A stretch of DNA of 64,000 nt from Leptogorgia sarmentosa. Taxonomy: Eukaryota. The notes under the pieces were generated by a model. It did no database searches. It was given only the letters and a program-made list of their open reading frames with translations, and was not told the DNA's origin. Location: assembly GCA_964658305.1 (NCBI GenBank), contig OZ210885.1:18352001-18416000 (forward strand). The letters run 5' to 3'. Numbering within the stretch: the stretch's first letter is position 1; every line of letters starts with the position of its first letter. Position numbers and translations under genes: made by a program. This document shows, in pieces, positions 38,138-52,969 of this stretch.

Positions 38138-41100
38138 TTATTTGACCCTCATGCCAGATATGTTAATGGTAAAAACAAAAAGTACTGTTTCAGTGCAGAC
38201 AACTAAATGTGGTGAAGACTGCATATACCAGAAAAAAAGATGCTCAGAGGAAACCGAACATGATAAGCAAGTAAGACGTTGATTCAGAAAAATCCATGTA
38301 AGTATGCCTTTATTTCTCTCAGCTAATCTACATCAAGGTGATGAACGTTTTAGTGTTCAATCTACTTGGGGAGAAAATGTACTTACAAGCTTTGAATACT
38401 GGTTTAATTGTCTTAGACTCAAGTGTCGAGTTTATATCTGTAGATAACTTACCAGAGTTTGTAAGTGTTTTTCATTGCAGAAGCACATTTTCTTATGAAA
38501 TCGAATCTCGATGCTGATAGCAGAAAATAGTAATAACAATCTACCTATTGTGGTAGAGTCCATTGAGGTACAAAATAAAACTCAACTACCCATTGTGGTA
38601 GAGCCCATTGAGGCACAAAATAAAACTCAACTACCCATTGTGGTAGAGCCCATTGAGGCACAAAATAAAACTCAACTACCCATTGTGGTAGAGCCCATTG
38701 AGGCAAGAAGCATTTATGAACTCTCTATTCCAGGAGCTATACAGGCCCAAAGCAATGACACTAATAATGAAAACCTAATTTTGTTTAGAAATTATAAAAA
38801 AGAACTTCAAGGCCTTGTCAAACCACCTGACAGAGAAATTGAGTTTCACTATTATGATATTCATACTGCACTTTTCAATACATTTCTGAATGATAGTTAT
38901 GCTATTTTAGTATTTAATGGCTATATGATGGCCCTGATAAAACAAGAAAATTTTTTCTATTTATTTGACCCTCATGCCAGAGATGTTAATGGTAATAACA
39001 AAAAGTACTGTTTCAGTGCAGACAACTAAATGTGATGAAGACCGCATATACCAGAAAAAAAGATGCTCAGAGAAAACCGAACATGATAAGCAAGTAAGAC
39101 GTTGATTCAGAAAAATCCATGTAAGTATGCCTTTATTTCTCTCAGCTAATCTACATCAAGGTGATGAACGTTTTAGTGTTCGATCTAGAGCCAAGCAATG
39201 TGCTTTCATGAGTTTATCGGCCGTTCTAACAGCCCAAAATATTCCATTGTTCAACTGGTCAAGAACAACATTTAATAACATCTTATTACAGGGGAGAAAA
39301 TGTACTTACAAGCTTTGAATACTGGTTTAATTGTCTTAGACTCAAGTGTCGAGTTTATATCTGTAGATAACTTACCAGAGTTTGTAAGTGTTTTTCATTG
39401 CAGGAGCACATTTTCTGATGAAATCGAATCTCGATGCTGATAGCAGAAAAAAGTAATAACAATCTACCTATTGTGGTAGAGTCCATTGAGGCACAAAATA
39501 AAACTCAACTACCCATTGTGGTAAAGCCCATTGAGGCACAAAATAAAACTTAACTACCCATTGTGGTAGAGCCCATTGAGGCAAGAAGTATTTATGAACT
39601 CTCTATTCCAGGAGCTATACAGGCCCAAAGCAATGACACTAATAATGAAAACCTAATTTTGTTTAGAAATTATAAAAAAGAACTTCAAGGCCTTGTCAAA
39701 CCACCTGACAGAGAAATTGAGTTTCATTATTATGATATTCATACTGCACTTTTCAATACATTTCTGAATGATAGTTATGCCATTTTAGTATTTAATGGCT
39801 ATATGATGGCCCTGATAAAACAAGAAAATTTCTTCTATTTATTTGACCCTCATGCCAGAGATGTTAATGGCAAAAACAAAAAGTACTGTTTCAGTGCAGA
39901 CAACTCAATGTGGTGAAGACCGCATATACCAGAAGAAAAGATGCTCAGAGGAAACCGAACATGATAAGCAAGTAAGACGTTGATTCAGAAAAATCCATGT
40001 AAGTATGCCTTTATTTCTCTCAGCTAATCTACATCAAGGTGATGAACGTTTTAGTGTTCGATCTAGAGCCAAGCAATGTGCTTTCATGAGTTTATCGGCC
40101 GTTCTAACAGCCCAAAATATTCCATTGTTCAACTGGTCAAGAACAACATTTAATAACATCTTATTACAGGGGAGAAAATGTACTTACAAGCTTTGAATAC
40201 TGGTTTAATTGTCTTAGAGTCAAGTGTCGAGTTTATATCTGTACATAACTTACCAGAGTTTGTAAGTGTTTTTCATTGCAGGAGCACATTTTCTGATGAA
40301 ATCGAATCTCGATGCTGATAGCAGAAAAAAGTAATAACAATCTACCTATTGTGGTAGAGTCCATTGAGGCACAAAATAAAACTCAACTACCCATTGTGGT
40401 AAAGCCCATTGAGGCACAAAATAAAACTCAACTACCCATTGTGGTAGAGCCCATTGAGGCAAGAAGTATTTATGAACTCTCTATTCCAGGAGCTATACAG
40501 GCCCAAAGCAATGACACTAATAATGAAAACCTAATTTTGTTTAGAAATTACAAAAAAGAACTTCAAGGCCTTGTCAAACCACCTGACAGAGAAATTGAGT
40601 TTCATTATTATGATATTCATACTGCACTTTTCAATACATTTCTGAATGATAGTTATGCCATTTTAGTATTTAATGGCTATATGATGGCCCTGATAAAACA
40701 AGAAAATTTCTTCTATTTATTTGACCCTCATGCCAGAGATGTTAATGGCAATAACAAAAAGTACTGTTTCAGTGCAGACAACTAAATGTGGTGAAGACCG
40801 CATATACCAGAAGAAAAGATGCTCAGAGGAAACCGAACATGATAAGCAAGTAAGACGTTGATTCAGAAAAATCCATGTAAGTATGCCTTTATTTCTCTCA
40901 GCTAATCTACATCAAGGTGATGAACGTTTTAGTGTTCGATCTAGAGCCAAGCAATGTGCTTTCATGAGTTTATCGGCCGTTCTAACAGCCCAAAATATTC
41001 CATTGTTCAACTGGTCAAGAACAACATTTAATAACATCTTATTACAGGGGAGAAAATGTACTTACAAGCTTTGAATACTGGTTTAATTGTCTTAGAGTCA

Positions 41101-44100
41101 AGTGTCGAGTTTATATCTGTACATAACTTACCAGAGTTTGTAAGTGTTTTTCATTGCAGGAGCACATTTTCTTATGAAATCGAATCTCGATGCTGATAGC
41201 AGAAAATAGTAATAACGATCTACCTATTGTGGTAGAGTCCATTGAGGCACAAAATAAAACTCAACTACCCATTGTGGTAGAGCCCATTGAGGCACAAAAT
41301 AAAACTCAACTACCCATTGTGGTAGAGCCCATTGAGGCAAGAAGTATTTATGAACTCTCTATTCCAGGAGCTATACAGGCCCAAAGCAATGACACTAATA
41401 ATGAAAACCGAATTTTGTATAGAAATTATAAAAAAGAAATTCAAGGCCTTGTTAAACCACCTGACTGAGAAATTGAGTGTCACTATTATGATATTCATAC
41501 TGCACTTTTCAATACATTTCTGAATGATAGTTATGCTATTTTAGTATTTAATGGCTATATGATGGCCCTGATAAAAATAGAAAATTTTCTATTTATTTGA
41601 CCCTCATGCCAGAGATGTTAATGGTAATAACAAAAAGTACTGTTTCAGTGCAGACAACTAAATGTGGTGAAGACCGCATATACCAGAAAAAAAGATGCCC
41701 AGAGGAAACCGAACATGATAAGCAAGTAAGACGTTGATTTAGAAAAATCCATCTAAGTATGCCTTTATTTCTCTCAGCTAATCTACATAAAGGTGATGAA
41801 CGTTTTAGTGTTCGATCTAGAGCCAAGCAATGTGCTTTCATGAGTTTATCGGCCGTTCTAACAGCCCAAAATATTCCATTGTTCAACTGGTCAAGAACAA
41901 CATTTAATAACATCTTATTACAGGGGAGAAAATGTACTTACAAGCTTTGAATACTGGTTTAATTGTCTTAGAGTCAAGTGTCGAGTTTATATCTGTAGAT
42001 AACTTACCAGAGTTTGTAAGTGTTTTTCATTGCAGAAGCACATTTTCTTATGAAATCGAATCTCGATGCTGATAGCAGAAAAAAGTAATAACAATCTACC
42101 TATTGTGGTAGAGTCCATTGAGGCACAAAATAAAACTAAACTACCAATTGTGGTAGAGCCCATTGAGGCACAAAATAAAACTCAACTACCCATTGTGGTA
42201 GAGCCCATTGAGGCAAGAAGTATTTATGAACTCTCTATTCCAGGAGCTATACAGGCCCAAAGCAATGACACTAATAATGAAAACCGAATTTTGTATAGAA
42301 ATTATAAAAAAGAAATTCAAGGCCTTGTTAAACCACCTGACTGAGAAATTGAGTGTCACTATTATGATATTCATACTGCACTTTTCAATACATTTCTGAA
42401 TGATAGTTATGCTATTTTAGTATTTAATGGCTATATGATGGCCCTGATAAAAATAGAAAATTTTCTATTTATTTGACCCTCATGCCAGAGATGTTAATGG
42501 TAATAACAAAAAGTACTGTTTCAGTGCAGACAACTAAATGTGGTGAAGACCGCATATACCAGAAAAAAAGATGCCCAGAGGAAACCGAACATGATAAGCA
42601 AGTAAGACGTTGATTTAGAAAAATCCATCTAAGTATGCCTTTATTTCTCTCAGCTAATCTACATAAAGGTGATGAACGTTTTAGTGTTCGATCTAGAGCC
42701 AAGCAATGTGCTTTCATGAGTTTATCGGCCGTTCTAACAGCCCAAAATATTCCATTGTTCAACTGGTCAAGAACAACATTTAATAACATCTTATTACAGG
42801 GGAGAAAATGTACTTACAAGCTTTGAATACTGGTTTAATTGTCTTAGAGTCAAGTGTCGAGTTTATATCTGTAGATAACTTACCAGAGTTTGTAAGTGTT
42901 TTTCATTGCAGAAGCACATTTTCTTATGAAATCGAATCTCGATGCTGATAGCAGAAAAAAGTAATAACAATCTACCTATTGTGGTAGAGTCCATTGAGGC
43001 ACAAAATAAAACTAAACTACCAATTGTGGTAGAGCCCATTGAGGCACAAAATAAAACTCAACTACCCATTGTGGTAGAGCCCATTGAGGCAAGAAGTATT
43101 TATGAACTCTCTATTCCAGGAGCTATACAGGCCCAAAGCAATGACACTAATAATGAAAACCTAATTTTGTTTAGAAATTATAAAAAAGAACTTCAAGGCC
43201 TTGTCAAACCACCTGACAGAGAAATTGAGTTTCACTATTATGATATTCATACTGCACTTTTCAATACATTTCTGAATGATAGTTATGCTATTTTAGTATT
43301 TAATGGCTATATGATGGCCCTGATAAAACAAGAAAATTTTTTCTATTTATTTGACCCTCATGCCAGAGATGTTAATGGTAATAACAAAAAGTACTGTTTC
43401 AGTGCAGACAACTAAATGTGATGAAGACCGCATATACCAGAAAAAAAGATGCTCAGAGGAAACCGAACATGATAAGCAAGTAAGACGTTGATTTAGAAAA
43501 AACCATGTAAGTATGCCTTTATTTCTCTCAGCTAATCTACATCAAGGGGATGAACGTTTTAGTGTTCGATCTAGAGCCAAGCAATGTGCTTTCATGAGTT
43601 TATCGGCCGTTCTAACAGCCCAAAATATTCCATTGTTCAACTGGTCACGAACAACATTTAATAACATCTTATTACAGGGGAGAAAATGTACTTACAAGCT
43701 TTGAATACTGGTTTAATTGTCTTAGACTCAAGTGTCGAGTTGATATCTGTAGATAACTTACCAGAGTTTGTAAGTGTTTTTCATTGCAGAAGCACATTTT
43801 CTTATGAAATCGAATCTCGATGCTGATAGCAGAAAATAGTAATAACAATCTACCTATTGTGGTAGAGTCCATTGAGGCACAAAATAAAACTCAACTACCC
43901 ATTGTGGTAGAGCCCATTGAGGCACAAAATAAAACTCAACTACCCATTGTGGTAGAGCCCATTGAGGCAAGAAGCATTTATGAACTCTCTATTCCAGGAG
44001 CTATACAGGCCCAAAGCAATGACACTAATAATGAAAACCTAATTTTGTTTAGAAATTATAAAAAAGAACTTCAAGGCCTTGTCAAACCACCTGACAGAGA

Positions 44101-44847
44101 AATTGAGTTTCACTATTATGATATTCATACTGCACTTTTCAATACATTTCTGAATGATAGTTATGCTATTTTAGTATTTAATGGCTATATGATGGCCCTG
44201 ATAAAACAAGAAAATTTTTTCTATTTATTTGACCCTCATGCCAGAGATGTTAATGGTAATAACAAAAAGTACTGTTTCAGTGCAGACAACTAAATGTGGT
44301 GAAGACCGCATATACCAGAAGAAAAGATGCTCAGAGGAAACCGAACATGATAAGCAAGTAAGACGTTGATTCAGAAAAATCCATCTAAGTATGCCTTTAT
44401 TTCTCTCAGCTAATCTACATCAAGGTGATGAACGTCTTAGTGTTCAATCTAGAGACAAGCAATGTGCTTTCATGAGTTTATCGGCCGTTCTAACAGCCCA
44501 AAATATTCCATTGTTCAACTGGTCAAGAACAACATTTAATAACATCTTATTACAGGGGAGAAAATGTACTTACAAGCTTTGAATACTGGTTTAATTGTCT
44601 TAGAGTCAAGTGTCGAGTTTATATCTGTAGATAACTTACCAGAGTTTGTAAGTGTTTTTCATTGCAGAAGCACATTTTCTTATGAAATCGAATCTCGATG
44701 CTGATAGCAGAAAATAGTAATAACAATCTACCTGTTGTGGTAGAGTCCATTGAGGCACAAAATAAAACTCAACTACCCATTGTGGTAGAGCCCATTGAGG
44801 CACAAAATAAAACTCAACTACCCATTGTGGTAGAGCCCATTGAGGCG
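38138..44847 (+). repeat. Tandem array of ~7.6 x 876-878-bp units with internal 42-bp subrepeats, derived from a Helitron-type peptidase C76/deubiquitinase region
   Basis: Homologous ORFs at 39127, 40005, 40883, 41759, 42635, 43513, 44391; motifs HQGD.RF...QC and YLFDPH.R. Confidence 0.9.
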
Positions 44848-46167
44848 CAGGTTTTTAGAAACAGATGGAAATGGCTCAACCATTAGGACAATTCTGTTTG
44901 ACTACCGTAAAGCATTCGACCTAATCGACCACGGTATACTGATTGATAAACTAAACAGATTGGAATTACCTCCAAGTGTTACAAACTGGATTATTGACTT
45001 TCTCACCAATAGAGTTCAAAGAGTTAAATTAGCTGATGATTGTTTTTCGGAGTGGGGATCAGTCCCTGCTGGAGTACCACAGGGGACAAAATTAGGCCCC
45101 TGGCTGTTTATTCTTATGATAAACGATTTAATCATTGATGATGCACATACCTGGAAATACGTAGACGATACGACAGTGTCCGAAATAGTCAGTAAGGGCG
45201 GTACTAGTGATGCCCAAAATATAGTTGATCAAGTCGTTACGTGGTCTAGTAATAATAGAGTACAATTAAATCAAGACAAGTGTAAGGAGTTGAGAATATC
45301 GTTCGCGAATCAACCAGCAATCTTTGATCCATTAACTATTAATGGGAAAGAATTGGAAGTTGTTAAAACAGTAAAGCTGCTAGGACTCACTGTTAAGGAC
45401 AACCTTATGTGGAATTCTTATGTGGACGAGGTCATAAAGAAAGTTAATAAAAGATTGTACTTTTTAGTGCAATTAAAACGAGCGAGAGTACCACCACAAG
45501 ATTTAGTGCTGTTCTATACGTCGTGTGTCAGATCAGTTGTGGACTATGCGATTCCTGCCTTTTACCATTGTCTCCCCCAATATCTGAAGCGTGAGTTAGT
45601 GCGTCTCGAGAAAAGAGCTATATCAATTATGATGCCGGAAGTTGACTATCTAACAGGTTTGGAACGATTAGATATTAAGCCAATGAAGGACCATCATGAA
45701 CATTTATGTGACAAACTTTTTAATTCTATTATTCTTAATCCTGATTACAAACTTAATAGCTTATTACCAGCAAGATATAACACAAATTATAACCTGAGAA
45801 ACCAAAGGAACTTCAACCTCCCACAAATCATGACCAATAGAACAATGAACTCCTTTATCTTCTCTATGTGTAGTGCATGAAACTTGATACATTCTTTGGA
45901 TGTTCACACATTATTATTAGTGTAAATTAGCCTTTTAAACCTTATCGTAATTACTATTATAATAGTCATTCAATTCTTAGAGTAAAATACACATACTATT
46001 ATTAGAGTAAATTAACCTTTTAAACTTTTTACTGTAATACTATTTAAAATAGTTAATAATTCATGTAATATATCTAATTCTTCTTGTCCAATTTACCATT
46101 TGTAAATTATGCAATTCAGCTGCAAAGCTGCGATGTAATTATTTTAATAAATCCAATCCAATCCAAT
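44848..46167 (+). mobile_element. 5'-truncated CR1/L2-group LINE
   Basis: Open RT C-half DYRKAFD, GVPQGTKLGP, KYVDD; AATAAA + (TCCAA)n tail. Confidence 0.9.
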
Positions 46168-48784
46168 GCAGTTAAAACAAACCCTCGGAAATCTCGACTT
46201 ACCAAGCTCAAAATGAATAATCAAAAGGTGCAATTTACTGTGGATACCGGTTCAACAATCAACCTTATTAATGAAGATACATTTAAACAATTGGGTAATA
46301 TCCCTCTGCAGAAGACACACATTAAAGCATGCCCGTTTAATTCCACGGCTCCTGTCAGAATGAAAGGAAAATTCCAAACATCAGTTGAATCCCGAAAACG
46401 AATTACTGTTGCCACAATATATGTCACTGCCGAGGATGGAGGCTGCCTGCTTAGCAATGACACAGCACAAAAGCTAGGACTTATAAGTTTGCACCTGACC
46501 AGATCGAAACCACCAAGATATCACAAAACAAACCGACAACGGGCCTTTCTGTAACAGACAAAACTGTATGGAGCATTATCAACAAGCACAGTAAAGTGTT
46601 CCAGGGCGTGGGAAAACTAAAAAACCGACAAATTGAGCTAATTGTGGACAAGAGTGTGAAACCTATTGCTCAGCGACAACGCAGAATACCTTTTCACCTG
46701 CGAGCTAAATTGGATACTGAATTATGTCGTCTGGAACAAGAAGACATTATTGAAAAGGTACCAGACACTGACGAAACAGCATGGATATCACCTGTGGTTA
46801 TAGTACCTAAAAAAGATGATCAAATACGCTTGTGTGTTGACATGCAGGCAGCAAACACTGCAATAAAACGAGTGTGTCATCCTATTCCCACCGTGCGCAT
46901 TTAACACCATTACCACTCCGACTACAGTAAGTGAAGTGCGGAGCCTCTTATGCATGGCTAACTACAGCGCACAGTTCATCCACAACTTTACTACCATCAC
47001 TGAACCGTTGCAAAAATTGACTCATAAAGGGACAAAGTTTTGTTGGAACAAAGAACACGAAGAAGCATGTCAGAAGATTAAAATAGCACTAGTGAATAGC
47101 CCGGTTATGAGCTATTTTGACATCAGAAACGAGACTCAACTGATTGTGGATGCAAGCCCAGTAGGATTATCAGCAATTCTGACTCAAAGACCCCTAGGTA
47201 AAAACATACCTCCAAATGTCATTGCATATGTAGTCGTGCTCTGACACCTACCGAGCAAAGGTACTCCCAGACAGAAAAGGAAGCTTTGGCTATTGTCTGG
47301 GGTATTGAACACTTTCATATATACCTGTACGGTGCTCCTTTTACCTTGTATACCGACCACAAAGCACTTGAAATTATCTTTGCCAATCCCTTATCTAAAC
47401 CACCAGCACGCATTGAACGTTGGCTGCTTCGGTTACAACAGTATGACTTTAAGGTGACCTATACAACTGGAAAAGACAACCCTTGGCGACTTTCTGTCCC
47501 GACACCCACCAGCCACCAAACACGAAAAACACAATGTTGCTGAGGAGTATGTTAACTTTATAACCAAGGCAGCTATACCAAAGACGGTGACCATTCAGGA
47601 CATAAGCAAAGCCACAGCAACAGATGAATCTCTAATTGCTTTACAGCATGCCCTCAAGTCGGGATCTTGGAACAATTCTAAAGTAGAACCTTCTAAGATG
47701 TTAAAAGATGAAATAACCATCGACCATATAGACACCATCACAGCCCAACAGCCCGGAACCTCCAAGTTACGTCTGATAATGGGCCACCATTCCAAAGTCA
47801 TGACTTTAAGCGATACATGACTGCAATGGGGGTTACACATACCACCTCAACACCCCTTTGGCCCCAGGGGAATGCCGAAGCAGAAGCTTCATGAAACCAT
47901 TACGCAAAGCCATCAAAACAGCAACCTTAGAGCACCGACCATGGCAACAAGAACTATCAAAGTTCCTACTGCATTATCGGTCAACCCCCCGCTCGACCAC
48001 AAAAGTCCCACCAGCCCAACTCTTGTATAACAGAGAAATTAGAGGAAAACTCCCGTCCATACCTCGAGGTACCAAGGTAGTAAATCGACACAGTGAAGCA
48101 AAAGAAAACCAAGAACAAGCAAAACAAAAAGGAAAGAGATACGCTGACAAATGCCGAGGTACGAAAGTGAGTAATATCAAGATCGGCGACACGGTATTAG
48201 TAAAACAGAGCAAGCAGAACAAATTCTTGACAAATTTCGCAGCAACACCATACACAGTAACCTCGATTAAAGGATCAAAAGTGGTTGCAGAAAATGACAA
48301 CCACAGGATCACCAGAAACATATCGTTCTTCAAGAAAGTCTCGGACAAAATTGGGAGTGAGGAGGAAGAATTCATTGACACGCAGGAAAACGGACACAAA
48401 ATAGTCGGACAGGAAATTCATTAACCAGTATTATGAAGACAATCTACTAGAAACCGCACACAGACGGAACTGTTTGGAAACCCAGTTACATCATCAATTA
48501 TTTGTTGATGTGTACAACTAAGGGATGAAAGGTCCACAAACATTGGACTATATGTATATATATGCTAGACTTTTAATGTTTTCACATTTAGGTTATTTAG
48601 TTATGTTAAAAAAAGGGGGTGATGTAGTGATGTCATCACTAGGTCCAGACCCCCACAGACTGAAGGAACGGACATGGTGACAGGGAATACAAAGGCGGAT
48701 TATTAACAACCGTGTACTTTAGTAGTGTTCTGGATTATAGGCGATAATATTAGTTGAGCTTGTCATAAACGGCAAAATATAACA
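46168..48784 (+). mobile_element. Decayed Ty3/Gypsy pol with 3' LTR (~48623-48784)
   Basis: Protease VDTGS, RT RLCVD, RNase H VDASPVG/YTDHK, integrase FLLHYRSTP; purine tract AAAAGGGGGTGA then TG...CA. Confidence 0.85.
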
Positions 48785-48789
48785 GTTTC

Positions 48790-49260
48790 CTTGTTTTGCC
48801 CACAGACCCTTGGCAGTAACACAGCTTGACCAGGATTGTCATGGAGAACTTCAAACTTCTTCGTAAGAAATTCAGGAGCTTTGACTTTTAAATGGGAGAT
48901 TGACTTTTGACTAAAATGGAATTTCCTGGGTGGCACAAACATCTACTCGAATGATAATTATCAAAATACTCTGTTGGACAAGAGTCCAACCGCCATACAA
49001 CACCTCCAGTAATAGGGACACTCTCCATGCTTGTGGCTTCTTTCCTAATTTTGCCTTTTTTCCAAACAGGGTGGCATACAACTCTGCAAAGATGGGGTGG
49101 AATAACTTCAAGATGCATTCCCGCGAATTTAATGAGATGTGCAAGGGACCAATTAGTGGCACAAAATTCTGACAAATAGTAGGTAAGGAAACTTTAGCAA
49201 AATTGTAAACCAGCTGTCGCATGAAAAATTGTGTTGGCCAGTCGCCCATGAATGGAGCCA
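48790..49260 (-). pseudogene. Probable DDE transposase fragment (family uncertain)
   Basis: GDWPTQ...PLIGPLHISLN resembles the D...GxxH core of Academ-like transposases. Confidence 0.35.
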
Positions 49261-50670
49261 GGACTTTAGTGGCATGTGTAAACTATCAATTAGTACCGTG
49301 GCTTATTAGGGCCATCAGTTACTGCACAACACTTTTTTAATGAAATAATTTTTCACCAATCTTTACGTCTCCCGATCGCCACTTAGAACCCGCGATCTTG
49401 ACGCATATCCCGCAATTCCCACATATACCACGCAATTGCGGCATATAAAATGCGATCGCTGAATATAATGCACGATAAAGCGCGATCGCAAGTTGCTGAC
49501 GCCAAATATATCGACATATAACACACAATCGTGACATATTATGAAAAATCGCTATTTATAATGCACGATCGCAACATATTATATATAATCGATGTTAGCT
49601 AACCATTGCCAGTTGCCACTATTCTGGCTTTATTACAGAGCTGTAGCAAAGAGTACAAGTACGACTACGAGTACGAGTTTTGACCGTGCGTAGTCTGGTT
49701 CGAGGAACTTCGTATTCGTAGTCGTTTGCGTTCAAATTTTGATTTAGCATGTAAACAAACAAATTGCAACAGCGACTACAAGTTTTGTTATGGCTGTAAG
49801 CAACAATGCGCTTCTCGATGGAGCTACTGTCCCCTTTGTCAATGATGCCATTGATGAAAGAGATTTTATAGCTGTATACGACCTGACGGACAGAAAATCA
49901 CCAGAATTTCAGTACTGGAATTATGAAAACGTTGAGACTCAGCTGCAATCAATGACGAACGATGAGTGTTGGGCAGAGAGTTTCGAGTAGATCTGGCTGA
50001 CCTTACTGTCTCGGCAGAAGCGTTGAGGATGCCCAATAGGTTTGTGTGTACCAACCGAACTGTAGCTACGGGAATGGAAGGTTTATGTATTGCACTTTGA
50101 CGTTTTGCCTATCTGTGTAGGTTTAGTGATATGATACCGCGCTTCGGTCGTTCTGTGTCCGAATTGAGTCTGATTGCTTCAGAGGTGACAGACTTTCTTT
50201 TTAGTACTCATGGCTACCTATTGACAGACGTTAATCAACCGTGGCTTCACCCTGATCGTCTACAGGAGTATGCCGATGCAATTCACGATACAGGTGGTGC
50301 ATTGGAGAACTGCTGGGGCTTTGTTGACGGTACGGTACGACCTGGGGAGCATCAAAGAATAATGTACAACGGCCATAAACGCGTTCATGCCATAAAATTT
50401 AAATCCGTGGTGGCACCAAATGGCCCTGTAGCAAACCTTTATGGTCCAATAGGTAAATGTTTTATATATATTGTTATACGTTTTGTATATTTCGCTCACT
50501 GCTCGTGCAGTTTGAGCACTCTAGTGACTCCACAATGCAATCCTACCTCACAATGTGTAACCGTACATCCTGTGCCCAAGTTCAGGAGTTGCCATAAGGC
50601 CATTATGGTGATAACCGGGAGGGCACATTGTTATACGTTTTGTATATATATCTATATCTATATGTATATA

Positions 50671-50828
50671 TATAGATAAGTGTAGTGGTAGAAACTATCG
50701 TTGTGATAGAAACTAACGCGTACAAAATGGTATAGAGTGCTCAATGCGTAATATATACTCTATCTATACGATTTTGTACGCGTTAGTTTCTATCACAACG
50801 ATAGTTTCTACCACTACACTTATCTATA
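50671..50828. repeat. 58-bp perfect inverted repeat with 42-bp spacer in a (TA)n tract
   Basis: 50671-50728 is the reverse complement of 50771-50828. Confidence 0.9.
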
Positions 50829-50860
50829 CATATACATATACATATATATATATATATATA

Positions 50861-52969
50861 ACCAGAATGTTCCCGAAAGCGCATTGAGCGAATTTAAAGG
50901 TGGGATGTCTCGAGTGATTGAAGAAGGTAACAAGAAGGGTAGTAAGATTCTTAAAAACAAAACGTTAACTTATGAACTCCCTCCAAAGAACATAGTCATT
51001 ACTCCAACAGACAAGACCAAACGATTACTAGCTCTGGATACCACATTGTATGATAATATGCTTCTCAAATCCACAACTGAGACGGGCAATTATAAAGAAC
51101 TAAGGAAACTTAACCTACCTAGGACAGAACAAATAAATTTTAACCGTCGTTTGAACAACATCACAAAGAAATATCTATACAGCGACCCTAGATTATATCG
51201 TGAACTTGGATCTACTATCTGTAGCGACCCGCTTCCATGCTCTGCCTATTGTCTGCCAAAAGATCATAAGGAAGGAGAACTTAAGGGCAGACCAATACAT
51301 GCCGCTACAGATACGCCTGCGACAAAGTTATCTAAATATTTGGCCAAATCGCTACAAGTGCTTTTACGACACGTCCCCGCCCATCTTAAAAACACAGATG
51401 AATTTATAGACTTCATCTCGGATATAGACAGCGAGTTAGTGCATGGGTTCTGCAGCCTAGATGTATGCAATTTATACGGGTCTATTCCCCTGAAAGACAT
51501 AGACGATGACACTCCCAGCATTTTTACAGTCGCCCGACATTTCTTCTCTGAACACAAAGCTGATTGTAAATTACATGCTCTTAGTGACGAGGATTTTGAA
51601 GAACTTGTTCGTCTTTGTCTGACAAGCGACAGCGTTTTAAACAACAATCGGGCTTGGCCATGGGAAATAACTTAGCCCCTATCTTAGCCATTATATATAT
51701 GAACGAACTCGACAACCAAATTATAGAAATATCGAACGGTTGTGTAATTCTCAAGCGATTCATTGACGATTACTTCGCATTCCTATTATCTCAGGAATTT
51801 ACTGAGGAAATGCTTTTAACAACAGCTAATGGTCTGAATAATGCCATCAAATTCACCATAGAATTACCCACCAACAACCAGTTACCATTCTTGGATACTC
51901 TTGTAACCTTTAATCCTCATACCAAAATATTTACCACGACTCTTTATATAAAATCAATCCATAGCCGGTGTATTACACCGTGGGACAGCCATGGAGCAAT
52001 CTCTTCGAAACGAGCTATTGTCATCGGGGAAGTAAAGAGAGCTGTTAAATGTTCTACTGACTCTGTATCACAAAAGCAATCACTTAACCTAATCATAGAA
52101 TTATTCGTGGCTAACGGGTACCCTAAGAGTTTTATTAAATCTGTGATGAGAAGCACTCTTCATAACAATAGACGACAGAATGATGATGATCAACAACAAT
52201 TCGTCTACCTGAAATTACCATTTATCAACGAAGAATTCAAACGAAAGGCTTTGGGGGTGCTAAATCGATCACGCATACAGAACGTGAAAATACATTTTGT
52301 GAATCGCCAACCCTTGTCGAAAGTTTTTGGCCCACCCAAAGTAAAACAAAATTGTCCCAATGAGTGTGAGACATGCAAAATATCATCTAAACCAAATCGC
52401 TGCTTAAAGAAGAATGTTGTATACAAAATTATATGTTCAGCATGCGGAACCGTATACATTGGGGAGACGGGACGTACAATAGGATCTAGAATAAAAGAGC
52501 ACTTAACAATGGAGAAACAGACGGTATATAAACACTTGGCATCCCATAATAAACGCAAATTACCGCTAATAACTTGGAACATTATACATGCAAACATTGG
52601 TAACCACGAAGAACGAAAGTATATCGAGGCGTTCGAAATACAAAAATACTCTGGACACTTAATGAACGGCTGTAGTGGGAGGACAATTAACATATAGGTA
52701 TTACCTGTTAAATATTTATTTTTTATTAGGACACTAACAATTGTTTTTAAATTTAGCATTTTATAAACAATACGTACATTTTAGCATTTTTAAATTAGAT
52801 ATTAACATGCACTTGTACATATATAGGATGGAAATAGTACTGTAAATCATTTCCACTGAAGAAGCCGTAACAGGCGAAACGTTTGGAAAATATTTAATAA
52901 ATTTTATGTCTGAAGAAGCACTACAAGAAAGTTCATAACTAGTCCAGACATGTTTCCTCAAACACATTG

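Noticed and set aside
38138..44847. Integrated herpesvirus or functional tandem gene family
   Set aside because: No other viral genes; every unit is frameshifted or stopped between the Cys and Asp/His motifs
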